From Nitrospirales bacterium (GTDB lineage Bacteria; Nitrospirota; Nitrospiria; Nitrospirales; UBA8639), in assembly GCA_965223295.1 (NCBI GenBank), contig CBDCWC010000002.1, forward strand, positions 1,088,001-1,152,000: 64,000 bases of DNA. Reading direction: 5' to 3'. A model generated the notes under the pieces. That model was not told the DNA's origin. It did no database searches and was given only the letters and a program-made list of their open reading frames with translations. Each line of letters begins with the position of its first letter. The stretch's first letter is position 1. Positions 47,759-57,352 of the stretch are shown piece after piece. A program made the position numbers and the translations under genes.

Positions 47759-48777
47759 GGACCTGATAGCTCCTTTATGACTTGAGCAACACGTCTTGCA
47801 CCATACCCATCTACGATCAACGGCCCAGCTTTACTCATAGCCTGCCTTTCCTTTAAGGATCTCGCCAAGCGATCTAAACTCTCTTGAAACGTCTTCATTA
47901 AATTTGTGTCGCTCACATTTCCAACCCATTTCAGAGCACCATTCCTCGAAAACCCTTGAAGATTATGTATTTGGTTTTCTGCCATCTGTATGGCAAGAGC
48001 TGGGGTTCCCGTTGCGGCTAATTCATAAGTTGTCTGCCCTCCTCCAGCAATCGCAATATCACACCCCAGCATGAGATCATAGAGATTAATGGGATCTTTA
48101 TGCACACACACGAACGAATCATCACGCCATTGATTAAGACATTCAAGGGCTTTTTCTTCTTCGACAAAAGGGCCAAGGATCAAATCAATATGCACATTTT
48201 TATAGGCTCCTCGAGTCCATTTGAGCAAATCGGAAATAAGTGGCATTGAATTCATCCCACCTATCGTAATCAGAATACGATCTATTTCATTCCGTATACG
48301 ACGGTTAACTTTCTGGCTAAATACCTCTCTCAGTAAGATGTACTGGGGACCGAGCAATAATTTCGTAGAAGGTAATGCTTGGTATCTACAGTCTCCACCA
48401 TTTACCGATCCATTAATAATCAAGTCCACTGGTAAAGAACGGTCACATAAGTCATCAATCACCACCACCTTACCCCGAAACCCCTTGCTGTCTTTCGGCT
48501 CGACAGGATACGAATCGATGACCAAGACATTGGCACGACTCTGGATACAATATTCAAGGCTCTCTCGAAGACCCCAGTCAGGATTTTCTTTTAAGAGTGT
48601 TCCAGAAAATCCATATTTCTTTAAAAATTCAATGCCACTTTGCTCTCCTCTTAAAAGGAAATGAACCTTTGCATTCATTTCCTCTAATACTTGGGCGAGC
48701 GTGAGACACCGACGCAGATGCCCCAGTCCAATCGTTGGGCCAGCGGTGGTACAAAATACAATAGGCCACTCACTCAT
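47755..48777 (-). CDS. pseG: UDP-2,4-diacylamido-2,4,6-trideoxy-altropyranose hydrolase
   Basis: IGLGH.RRC..LA, VIDSY, IDD, LLGPQY..LR..F, GG.TTYE and DGYGA.RV motifs. Confidence 0.88.
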   Translation of the reverse strand: MSEWPIVFCTTAGPTIGLGHLRRCLTLAQVLEEMNAKVHFLLRGEQSGIEFLKKYGFSGTLLKENPDWGLRESLEYCIQSRANVLVIDSYPVEPKDSKGFRGKVVVIDDLCDRSLPVDLIINGSVNGGDCRYQALPSTKLLLGPQYILLREVFSQKVNRRIRNEIDRILITIGGMNSMPLISDLLKWTRGAYKNVHIDLILGPFVEEEKALECLNQWRDDSFVCVHKDPINLYDLMLGCDIAIAGGGQTTYELAATGTPALAIQMAENQIHNLQGFSRNGALKWVGNVSDTNLMKTFQESLDRLARSLKERQAMSKAGPLIVDGYGARRVAQVIKELSGP

Positions 48778-49985
48778 TTTTTAGCGTTTGCCAGGACTTT
48801 CTTAACGGACCGAATAACCCAATCAACGTCATTTGTGGACATAGCAGGCCAAATTGGCAAGCTAATCAGTTCATCATACGCTGCCTCTGCAACTGGCCAA
48901 TCATTCTTTTGATAGCCAAGTTTTTGATAAAAAGGATGCCAGGGAATAGGGATATAATGAACATTGACTCCCAAACCACAATTTTGCAGATCCTGAAAAA
49001 TTTTTCTCCGTGTTTTTGTGAGTTGTTTCAGCTGCAACCGGATAGGAAACAAATGATAAGACGACCGGACTGTTGGCAATTCGACAGGCAACCGAATTTC
49101 GTGAACGTCTCCTAGGCTTTCTTGATAGCAACGTGCGATTTCTCGTCGACTGTCGACAAACCCCTTCAATTTGTCGAGCTGACTCAGTCCAAGTGCACAT
49201 TGAAAGTCCGTGATTCGAAAATTATGTCCTAAATCTAACATTTCATAATACCAAGGGCCGTGATCTGCTTCGCAAAAACATTCCCGTTGCCGCGTAATAC
49301 CATGGGTACGAAAACGTCTCAGTCGTTCCGCAAACTCAGCGTTATTCGTAAGAACCATCCCTCCTTCCCCAGTCGTAATATGCTTTACAGGATGAAAACT
49401 CAATACGGTCATATCAGAAAGACTTCCGATCGGCTTCCCTTTGTAAAAAGCACCGAGTGAATGAGCGGCATCTTCAATCACAATCAGGTTATGCCTCTTT
49501 GCGAGTGTTCGAATTTCATCAAGTTCACAGGGGTGCCCTGAAAAATCGACGATGATTATGGCTCTAGTCTTTTTTGTGAGTTTTTTTTCTATCTCACCAA
49601 TATTGATGGTGAGAGTATCGGGGGTCACATCTGCAAACACAGGCACGCCGCCACAGTACAACACGCAATTGGCCGTTGCAACAAATGATAAAGGGGTCGT
49701 AATCACTTCATCCCCTTCTCCAATACCTGCAGCAACACATGCAGCATGAAGTCCGGAGGAACCGTTGGCCATGGCGACTCCCTCACCTGCCTCACATTGC
49801 TGGGCAACAGCTTGCTCAAATCGTGGAATGAGCGGTCCTTGGGTAATCCAATCTGAACGCAATGCCGATATCACTGCATCAATATCAGCATCATCTATCC
49901 ACTGCCGTCCATAAGGCAGAAACGCTTTATTCCCACAGGCACTATTTACTTCTGTCAGACCTGCTCGTAAAGATTGGGGCATCAT
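48774..49985 (-). CDS. pseC: UDP-4-amino-4,6-dideoxy-N-acetyl-altrosamine transaminase
   Basis: LPYGRQ.ID..DI, SDWITQGP, EDAAH, SFHPVKHITTGEGG and VNVHYIP motifs. Confidence 0.9.
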   Translation of the reverse strand: MMPQSLRAGLTEVNSACGNKAFLPYGRQWIDDADIDAVISALRSDWITQGPLIPRFEQAVAQQCEAGEGVAMANGSSGLHAACVAAGIGEGDEVITTPLSFVATANCVLYCGGVPVFADVTPDTLTINIGEIEKKLTKKTRAIIIVDFSGHPCELDEIRTLAKRHNLIVIEDAAHSLGAFYKGKPIGSLSDMTVLSFHPVKHITTGEGGMVLTNNAEFAERLRRFRTHGITRQRECFCEADHGPWYYEMLDLGHNFRITDFQCALGLSQLDKLKGFVDSRREIARCYQESLGDVHEIRLPVELPTVRSSYHLFPIRLQLKQLTKTRRKIFQDLQNCGLGVNVHYIPIPWHPFYQKLGYQKNDWPVAEAAYDELISLPIWPAMSTNDVDWVIRSVKKVLANAKK

Positions 49986-50054
49986 TTTTTGTAGAGAACA
50001 CTCCTTAGCTTTGCAACGGGATGTCCATAGTTTAGGAGTTGTGGAGCAAATCGC

Positions 50055-51077
50055 TTAACACGCTACAGGCTCTGACGCATATAGCTCAGGGATTAATTGA
50101 TTGAGTTCCTCAGCCGAAATCCATCTGCTATTAGTATTACTGGCGTAACTGAACCCATCTGGAACTGGCTTTCCACCATTTCTCCCGTTCTCATGGTCTG
50201 TCCACCACCTATATTCAGGCTCAATGACAAAATATTCATCATATTCCCGTGTACGCGGGCCATCGTCCTCAGAAATAAGCAATTCATGCAGTTTTTCACC
50301 AGGCCGAATGCCAACATATTCATACTGACAGTCTGGTGCGATCGTCTTCGCTAAATCGATAATCTTCATACTGGGAATTTTTGGAATAAATATCTCTCCT
50401 CCTTTCATCATCCCCATACTCTGGAGAACAATATTTACACCTTGTTCCAAGGTCATCCAAAATCTTGTCATTCTTCGATCAGTAATAGGAATGACACCCG
50501 ATGACCTCAAACTTAAGAACAGTGGAACAACACTACCTCGACTCCCAATGACATTTCCGTATCGAACGATACTAAACCTAGTTTTTTTTCGTCCAGAATA
50601 GGCATTTCCGGCGACAAAGAGTTTGTCCGAGCAGAGCTTTGAAGCCCCATATAAATTTATCGGACAAGCCGCTTTGTCCGTGCTCAAAGCAACGACTTTC
50701 TGGACACCATTATCGATCGCAGCGTTCAGAACATTTTCAGCCCCCAGAACGTTTGTTTTTATGGCTTCAATGGGATTGTACTCTGCTGTCGGAACTTGCT
50801 TAAGCGCTGCGGCATGAATAACATAGTCCACGCCATCAAAGGCTCGATGTAATCTCCCGAGGTCTCGTACATCCCCAAGAAAAAAACGAAGACACATGTG
50901 ATTTTCAGCCTTGAGACTTTTAGCCATATGGTACTGTTTTTCTTCATCCCGGCTAAATACAATCAGTTTCTCAGGCCGAAATCGCTCGAGAATAATTTCT
51001 ACACATTTTTTTCCAAATGAACCCGTTCCACCGGTTATAAGAATGGATTTTCCATCTAGTGTAAACTGAGCGTCCAT
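50055..51077 (-). CDS. pseB: UDP-GlcNAc 4,6-dehydratase (inverting)
   Basis: TGGTGSFG, HAAALKQVP.AEYNP, STDKA, YGASKL, RYGNV.GSRGSV and GIRPGEKLHE motifs. Confidence 0.95.
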   Translation of the reverse strand: MDAQFTLDGKSILITGGTGSFGKKCVEIILERFRPEKLIVFSRDEEKQYHMAKSLKAENHMCLRFFLGDVRDLGRLHRAFDGVDYVIHAAALKQVPTAEYNPIEAIKTNVLGAENVLNAAIDNGVQKVVALSTDKAACPINLYGASKLCSDKLFVAGNAYSGRKKTRFSIVRYGNVIGSRGSVVPLFLSLRSSGVIPITDRRMTRFWMTLEQGVNIVLQSMGMMKGGEIFIPKIPSMKIIDLAKTIAPDCQYEYVGIRPGEKLHELLISEDDGPRTREYDEYFVIEPEYRWWTDHENGRNGGKPVPDGFSYASNTNSRWISAEELNQLIPELYASEPVAC

Positions 51078-51226
51078 GAAACCATCCTTTCCTGACTTGT
51101 ATTGGTCTAGACTAAAATTAGTAACTCTTTACCCATTCTGGGTGCCCCACAGAATCCCTTTTTCTTTCTCATGTGAGGTAATGCTTCAAACTTCGTATAT
51201 CTATTGATCATAGATGATCTACGGAT

Positions 51227-51367
51227 GGGCATCTCTAACAACTATCCTTTTTCCCGATGGCGGCGTCAGCGGCGTGCTCAAATCCTCATGTATTTTCATA
51301 TACACTGCGATTTTCCGCGCGCCGCTTCCTTGCCCTCAGAAAAAATCATCTGTTTTTAGAGGGGCCC
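51227..51367. mobile_element. MITE-like element (family B)
   Basis: Ends GGGCATCTCTAACAAC and rc GGGCCCCTCTAAAAAC form an imperfect TIR. The structured core resembles family A. Confidence 0.65.
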
Positions 51368-51438
51368 AGATGTAGTCATGCCTATGACACACAAACTTCA
51401 CACTTCGTTCTCTGCCGTGGAATACGAGCAATATCTCT

Positions 51439-51454
51439 TGCAAATTCTTATCCA
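51439..51454 (-). promoter_or_regulatory. sigma54-like promoter of the pse operon
   Basis: Minus strand TGGATAAGAATTTGCA, GG-N10-GC with TTGC. Confidence 0.5.
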
Positions 51455-51514
51455 ATTCTGTTCTTGTTTAATTTTTAAATTCCCAAACCGCCAAAAGTGT
51501 TCGGTGTTTTCCGT

Positions 51515-51528
51515 GTCAATAAATTGAC
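51515..51528. promoter_or_regulatory. FleQ-box-like palindrome
   Basis: GTCAATAAATTGAC, about 60 bp upstream of the sigma54-like site. Confidence 0.55.
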
Positions 51529-51802
51529 TAGGATATGAACAGTATCCCCTCAATTTCATTAAGCATAGTAACTTCCCTCAACCTAGGTTAAAGGATCAGA
51601 GCAAGTCCTTCTCCTACACAGACCTAATGCCTAACGAGATACCAAAGCTAAAGTCACCACGGACCCATTTTATCTAACTGTGGATGGAATGACTCCAAAA
51701 CAGGGGAGGAAGAAGTCTGGATACAAAGCTACAAAGTCTTTAGATACGCAGAAATTGATTTTTCAGCTTTAACAAACTATGGAAGTCTAGAATGTATGAT
51801 TC

Positions 51803-52057
51803 TTAGACTGAATCTGACGGGAACTTCTTGGGAGAAACCTCTCGTTTAGGTAAAGCCTGGACCTGCCCAGGATCTATAGCGGAAGCTTTGATGTTTTCTT
51901 GGCGGACGGCTTCGTAGAGTTCTTCCCGGAGGACCCGCATGTCTGGTGGGCATTCAATGCCGAGACGAACTTGCCCACCTTTGATTTGTACGAGAACTAT
52001 TCGAATATCTTCGCCTAAACGTATAGCTTCATCTTTTTTTCTGGTCAGTATAAGCAT
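51803..52057 (-). CDS. csrA: Carbon storage regulator CsrA
   Basis: MLILTRKKDEAI..G.DI.I...I.G.QVRLGI..P....V.REE. Confidence 0.97.
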   Translation of the reverse strand: MLILTRKKDEAIRLGEDIRIVLVQIKGGQVRLGIECPPDMRVLREELYEAVRQENIKASAIDPGQVQALPKREVSPKKFPSDSV

Positions 52058-52059
52058 GG

Positions 52060-52073
52060 AGCCTTCCTTGGCT
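52060..52073 (-). promoter_or_regulatory. Putative CsrA autoregulatory hairpin over the csrA SD
   Basis: mRNA AGCC-AAGGAA-GGCU lies 2 nt before the AUG, with GGA in the loop. Confidence 0.5.
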
Positions 52074-52166
52074 AAAACCTCGAAAACTCTTGAACGACCT
52101 TGGATTGAAGGATGATGACTTCAGCATAATTTGCATCGTGCCTCTGCGACTTGAATCAAAAAACTG

Positions 52167-52649
52167 TTAAACCGATGCTGTCTCTATCACCTTCACATTC
52201 GTTTCTGTTTGAACTGTCTCTTCCTCAGGCATGAGAGGAAACTGTAAAGGAATTGATTCATGTAAGATGACTTGCTTGCCTTTTCTTGTACCTAAATTCA
52301 CCACCAAGGGTGCGCGGAGATTCGCCGTAGCCTGCTCTGGTTCTCCAGATGGAATCGTCACCACAGCCAAAATCAACACGGGATCGTTTTCAGTGATGCC
52401 TAGTTCCACTAATCCTTCATCTGAGACTTGGGCATGAAATTCTGGATCGATTAAATGAACATCAATGATGACTAAAGCTAAATCGGGTTCTTTGATCGCT
52501 TGTAACCATTGATAGTGGCAATCCTCAGCCACATCTAAGACAACAAATTGCTGAATAGTTGGGAAGCCCACCAGCCCTGAAGGAAACGTCAACAACGTCT
52601 CTTCCGGCACATCAATTTCACCAAAGCGACTCGTTTGAATAGTCATCAT
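52167..52649 (-). CDS. fliW: Flagellar assembly factor FliW
   Basis: I.TSRFGEI, FP.GL.GF, WLQ and TANL.AP.V.N...G.QV motifs. Adjacent to csrA. Confidence 0.95.
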   Translation of the reverse strand: MMTIQTSRFGEIDVPEETLLTFPSGLVGFPTIQQFVVLDVAEDCHYQWLQAIKEPDLALVIIDVHLIDPEFHAQVSDEGLVELGITENDPVLILAVVTIPSGEPEQATANLRAPLVVNLGTRKGKQVILHESIPLQFPLMPEEETVQTETNVKVIETASV

Positions 52650-52720
52650 GTTACATTCTCCTCAAAAGATTCGATTCTTCCCTCTATTATAACTACTTTT
52701 TCTCATCGTCTAATATGGAA

Positions 52721-55075
52721 CTAGGCCTGACTCCCGGATAAACAAGCTTCTTCCGATAGTGGTTTTTGTATAACCTCTGCACAGACCTGAGACAACTCAT
52801 CCAGATCATAAGGTTTTTGAATAAACCCCACGACCCCTTGATTGAGCAATTCTTGTACCGCATGATTACGGTCATAGCCAGTACAGAGTAAAATTTTACT
52901 TTCTGGCCGCAAGCCTCGTATGGCGGCAAAACATTCCGAGCCATTCATATCAGGCATCACCATATCTAATAAGACTAAATCAACGCGATGAGTCGAATCT
53001 TGTAAAAACATGACCGCCTCTTTTCCGCTGTAGCAGACAATGGAGTTATACCCTAAAAAATCTAATAAGGCCTGAGCCGCTCCAGCGACTTCCTTTTCGT
53101 CATCAATGATCAATACCGTGCCTGTTGCTGATGCCTGCACGGCAACGGGAGCAGATATGGGCAACGGTTCCTCACATGGAACAGAAGGCAGATAGACGCG
53201 CATGGTAGTCCCGACACCCCGCGTACTTGTCACGCCAATATAACCATGGTGATTTTTGACAATACCATAGACCATGGCCAGCCCCATTCCAGATCCACGG
53301 CCTTGCTCTTTTGTGGTAAAAAATGGCTCGAAGATATGTGCCTGCACTTCTTGGGAAATACCTTCACCCGTATCCGTGACCCGCACAACCACATACTCGC
53401 CAGCCGTCAAGCCTGGCACCCGTGCGGCTTGTTCAGCAGACACTGATTCATTTGTGGTTTGAAAAATAATCTCTCCCTTGTTCGGCATGGCATCCGAGGC
53501 ATTCACCGCTAGATTCATGAGCACTTGATAAAGCTGGTTGGGGTCACCAACCACCCAAGGTTCACTGGCTCCAAAATCAGCTTGCAACGAAATAGCTTTA
53601 TCAACCGTCCGGCCCAGCAACCCTGTCACTTCTTGAATCACCTTATGAATATCCACAGAGACATGATGGTGTTTACCTTGTCGCGCAAACCCTAATAATT
53701 GTGAAGTGAGTTCCTTTCCACGATGAACCGCTTTTTCAATGACATCTCCCGCAGTCCATGAAGGATCAGTAGAGTCCACACGGGCTTTTAATAACCCCGC
53801 ATGCGCTAATATGGCTGTTAAGATATTATTCATATCATGGGCGACACCAGAAGCTAAGCGCCCCACCGCTTCCATTTTTTGAACTTGCCGCAACTGATGT
53901 TCCAATGTGGCATTCTCTTGTGCCATCATTTGCCGAGCGGTCAGGTCACGAGCGACTAACAAAGTTTGCCGTCGCCCTTGAAACCGAACCATCCTTGTCA
54001 TCACCTCTACCGGAAGGTCTGTGCAATCTTTTCTCCTGAGAACAGTATCTGTCCACTTTGGATTCACCGGCTCTTCAATGATAAATGATAGCCCTGCTTT
54101 TGGACCGGCCTGAGGAGTCTGAATACTATCCAGTGACCTACCAATGAGATCATGGGATGCATGCCCAAGTTGTTGCGCTCCACTGCTATTAATATGTTGA
54201 ATCACTCCTTGTCGGTCATAAATGACTAACACGTCCGGCAACATTTCAAACAATTCCCGAAATTGTGCTTCTGATTCTTTTAAGTCACTGGTCCGCTTTT
54301 CAAGAAGATGTTCAACGCGAGAGAGGGCACGTTCCCAACGTAATTTTTCACACAGAGTCATCAGCATATGAGGGTCATACCCTCGAGGGAGAATTCGTTC
54401 AGCCCTATTAAGACACGAGGAACTCTCCAACAACTCGCGATCTGAGCTTATGACTAAACACATCGCATGTGGATACCATCGCTCACACCAAATCAATAAT
54501 TCATGGGTCTTGATATCCACAAGAGGATCATCAACCACAATAATGTCTGGGCTGAACTGACTTTCTGCCGATTGCACACTTTCTCCACTCGTCCAGCCAT
54601 GTACCTGCCACCCTCGCTCCACCAATGTTGGCCGGATACGGTCAATTTCTGCATCATTCGAAGAAATGATCCAGACATGGAAGCCTTTTGGCACTACTGG
54701 TTTTTCAAGAAGGAGCCTGACTTGTTGACGAATTCGTCCTGGTTCAGCAGGTAATGATAAAAACGCGGAAGCCCCAATATCTGTCAACAACTCTTCAGCA
54801 TCCATTCCCGAATAAGTCGCCGAAACAATCAGAACTGGCGGCACCTGATGGCCTTGCAGTCCATACGCATGAAGTAGCTCACAAAATCGCCAGCCATTAA
54901 TCCCAGGCATGTGCAAGTCCAAGACAATCCCGTCAGGCACATGGCCTTCTTGCAGCCACTGCCACGCCGATTCAGAACACGAAAAGCGAATGACGTGCTC
55001 ATGCTCTAACTCTAATAAACTGGCGAGCAGATGGAGTTGTACAGGATCGTCATTGATAACAAGCAGGGTTGCCAT
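52721..55075 (-). CDS. Hybrid sensor histidine kinase (REC-REC-like-PAS-HisKA-HATPase-REC)
   Basis: N-term LDLHMPG, QKMEAVGRLASGVAHDMNN, NLAVNA.DA, DTGEG, FEPFFTTK and GMGL motifs, C-term LLDMVMP. Confidence 0.92.
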   Translation of the reverse strand: MATLLVINDDPVQLHLLASLLELEHEHVIRFSCSESAWQWLQEGHVPDGIVLDLHMPGINGWRFCELLHAYGLQGHQVPPVLIVSATYSGMDAEELLTDIGASAFLSLPAEPGRIRQQVRLLLEKPVVPKGFHVWIISSNDAEIDRIRPTLVERGWQVHGWTSGESVQSAESQFSPDIIVVDDPLVDIKTHELLIWCERWYPHAMCLVISSDRELLESSSCLNRAERILPRGYDPHMLMTLCEKLRWERALSRVEHLLEKRTSDLKESEAQFRELFEMLPDVLVIYDRQGVIQHINSSGAQQLGHASHDLIGRSLDSIQTPQAGPKAGLSFIIEEPVNPKWTDTVLRRKDCTDLPVEVMTRMVRFQGRRQTLLVARDLTARQMMAQENATLEHQLRQVQKMEAVGRLASGVAHDMNNILTAILAHAGLLKARVDSTDPSWTAGDVIEKAVHRGKELTSQLLGFARQGKHHHVSVDIHKVIQEVTGLLGRTVDKAISLQADFGASEPWVVGDPNQLYQVLMNLAVNASDAMPNKGEIIFQTTNESVSAEQAARVPGLTAGEYVVVRVTDTGEGISQEVQAHIFEPFFTTKEQGRGSGMGLAMVYGIVKNHHGYIGVTSTRGVGTTMRVYLPSVPCEEPLPISAPVAVQASATGTVLIIDDEKEVAGAAQALLDFLGYNSIVCYSGKEAVMFLQDSTHRVDLVLLDMVMPDMNGSECFAAIRGLRPESKILLCTGYDRNHAVQELLNQGVVGFIQKPYDLDELSQVCAEVIQKPLSEEACLSGSQA

Positions 55076-55077
55076 AC

Positions 55078-56049
55078 TTATGATTTAAAAATGAGTGGCG
55101 ACGTATAGTTTGGTGAGAATTGATCTTCTAATTGATGATCAAACTGCACATGCTCTACACCATTTCTTCCACTATTTTTCACTTGATACAAGGCTTGATC
55201 AACTGCATGAATGAGTCGTTCAATTGGAATAGAATCGGGCTCTCTCCATGTCGTCACCCCTTGACTGACCGTGACAGTCAAATCAACATGATGCGACCGG
55301 AATGGTTCAGACGAGATTGCCACCTGAATGCGCTCGGCTAACTGAATGGCCTGCGAATCATCGCTATTGGGCAAGACGACTAAAAATTCTTCTCCACCAT
55401 AACGTCCAATCGCATCATACGAACGCAGACAGTTCCGCATGCGTCTGGCCACTTCAATCAGCACTTGATCCCCCACCACATGTCCGTAGGTATCATTCAC
55501 ATTTTTAAACCCATCAAGATCAGCTAAAATAAGACTAATTGGTTGAACTTCTCGATGGGCTCGATTGATTTCGCCCAACAACATTTCAAGTATCGCTCCA
55601 TGATTCAAAATTTGCGTCAGTGGATCTTGCATAGCTTGGATACGAAGCGTCTCCCGAGCCGAAATCAGCTCGTTTTGCAAATCCACAATACGCTTTCCGG
55701 CCCGTAAGCGTGCTTCAAGTTCACCCAGGTGAAAAGGCTTCGTCAGATAATCATCTGCCCCTGCATCTAAGCCAGCGATTCGATCTTCTGGATTGTTTCT
55801 TCCAGTCAACAACACAATATACACGTACGGGCAGTCTGTTCGTGCGCGGATTTTCTGGCAAAGATCAGGCCCATCCATACCGGGCATCATCCAATCCAAA
55901 ATCGCCACATTGGGAGCCGTCCCGCCTTCGAGCTCCTTCCAAGCCGAATCGCCGTCTGTACAAGAAATAACCTCATGTCCCCATTGGCGCAATCGGTACA
56001 CAACCATATGAAGCGTTAATGGATCATCGTCAACAACCAATATTTTCAT
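55078..56049 (-). CDS. Response-regulator diguanylate cyclase (REC-GGDEF)
   Basis: VVDDD, LDWMMPG and GADDYLTKPF (REC). DLDGFK.VNDTYGH, RSYD I-site and RYGGEEF. Confidence 0.93.
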   Translation of the reverse strand: MKILVVDDDPLTLHMVVYRLRQWGHEVISCTDGDSAWKELEGGTAPNVAILDWMMPGMDGPDLCQKIRARTDCPYVYIVLLTGRNNPEDRIAGLDAGADDYLTKPFHLGELEARLRAGKRIVDLQNELISARETLRIQAMQDPLTQILNHGAILEMLLGEINRAHREVQPISLILADLDGFKNVNDTYGHVVGDQVLIEVARRMRNCLRSYDAIGRYGGEEFLVVLPNSDDSQAIQLAERIQVAISSEPFRSHHVDLTVTVSQGVTTWREPDSIPIERLIHAVDQALYQVKNSGRNGVEHVQFDHQLEDQFSPNYTSPLIFKS

Positions 56050-56122
56050 AGTACATCAAACCATTTCATGATCATCTTTTCTTAGGGTACTCACTGAGTG
56101 AGAAAAGGCAAAGGGCCAAACG

Positions 56123-57274
56123 TTATCGAATAAAGTTCAACAAACTTGTCTCAAACTGACGGCTCAATGTCGCAAGGGAAGCATCTAACGTGCCTTGTAA
56201 AGATGTGAGTTCCGACGCCACTTTTGCAAAATCTGCATCTTCAAACGAAGAACGAAGCGTCTGGGTATTGACGCTTAACAACTCTAAGCTATCCTTAACG
56301 GTGTCCAATCGATTCACACGCGCACCAATAGATGCCCGAGCATCCGTCACCTGGGGCAACGCCTGGTCAAACTGACCAATGGCCGCAGCAATTCCCTCAA
56401 CATCATTTGTGACTAAGGCTTGATGGAAATCCTGAAGATTTTGAAAGAGATCCACATTGGGGCCTGAAAACACTTGATTCCCAGCGACATTCGATGTCAC
56501 GGTCTGCCCATCGCCAATTTCTACATCAATCGGTGCCCCATCCCCTTGATAGACATACCCGACTCTGACAGCAAACCTGTCACCGGCGGCAGGAGTTGTC
56601 CCCGAATCTGAAAGAGTGACGTCCAGGCCATCAAACGAAAATGGGGTGCCATTGGCATAGGCTTGACCAGCTAACACGGTTTGCCCAGTTGTAAGATTCA
56701 CCACATTAAAATCTGTTGCTGAGGTGAATAGAATTTCATACGCATCCGGTTTTAATGCAGTGGGATCTGCAACCGTTGTGGCAATGGTGGCTCCACCTAT
56801 ATTTTCGTTATTTTCGGCTCCAGTAACCGTCCCTGGAATGTAGGGAGGCGTCTGTGTTTGACTGCCAGCAAAAATAAATCGCCCATTTAATTCCGTATTT
56901 CCAATACCAGCCAACCCTTCTAGCAATTGTTGAACTTCCTGCGCAGCATTCCGACGTTCAACCTGGCTATTGGTATCGTTACGCATTCGAATGGCTAACT
57001 CTTTCGCCCGTTGCACAGCAATCCCAGCTCGATCTAAGACGCTATCTGATAAGTTTAAACGCCCGACACCTTCATTCACTGTAGACAAACGATGTTCGGT
57101 TGTCCGTAGCACATTGCGAAATTGATTGATTCGTTCAGCCGCGACAGGATCGTCCGAAGGACGATTGACCCTTTTCCCAGAGGCAATTTGTTCCGTCCGA
57201 TCAAAAATATTTGTACGCAAATTCTGTAGCGCTGTCACAAGAGCATCGACTTGTTGGCGTTCAGTGACTCTCAT
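56123..57274 (-). CDS. flgL: Flagellar hook-associated protein 3
   Basis: MRVT, QIASGKRVNRPSDDP, N...NGRFIFAG and SLLNFIR end. Confidence 0.95.
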   Translation of the reverse strand: MRVTERQQVDALVTALQNLRTNIFDRTEQIASGKRVNRPSDDPVAAERINQFRNVLRTTEHRLSTVNEGVGRLNLSDSVLDRAGIAVQRAKELAIRMRNDTNSQVERRNAAQEVQQLLEGLAGIGNTELNGRFIFAGSQTQTPPYIPGTVTGAENNENIGGATIATTVADPTALKPDAYEILFTSATDFNVVNLTTGQTVLAGQAYANGTPFSFDGLDVTLSDSGTTPAAGDRFAVRVGYVYQGDGAPIDVEIGDGQTVTSNVAGNQVFSGPNVDLFQNLQDFHQALVTNDVEGIAAAIGQFDQALPQVTDARASIGARVNRLDTVKDSLELLSVNTQTLRSSFEDADFAKVASELTSLQGTLDASLATLSRQFETSLLNFIR

Positions 57275-57352
57275 CGGCTTCGCCCCCTTCCCCGACTAAT
57301 CAAGGAGATAACACATCTGAAAGAATCTATCTCAACAATAATTGCCTGCTTC

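Noticed and set aside
51257-51478. 73-aa ORF upstream of pseB
   Set aside because: Lies largely within the MITE and promoter region with no coding signal.
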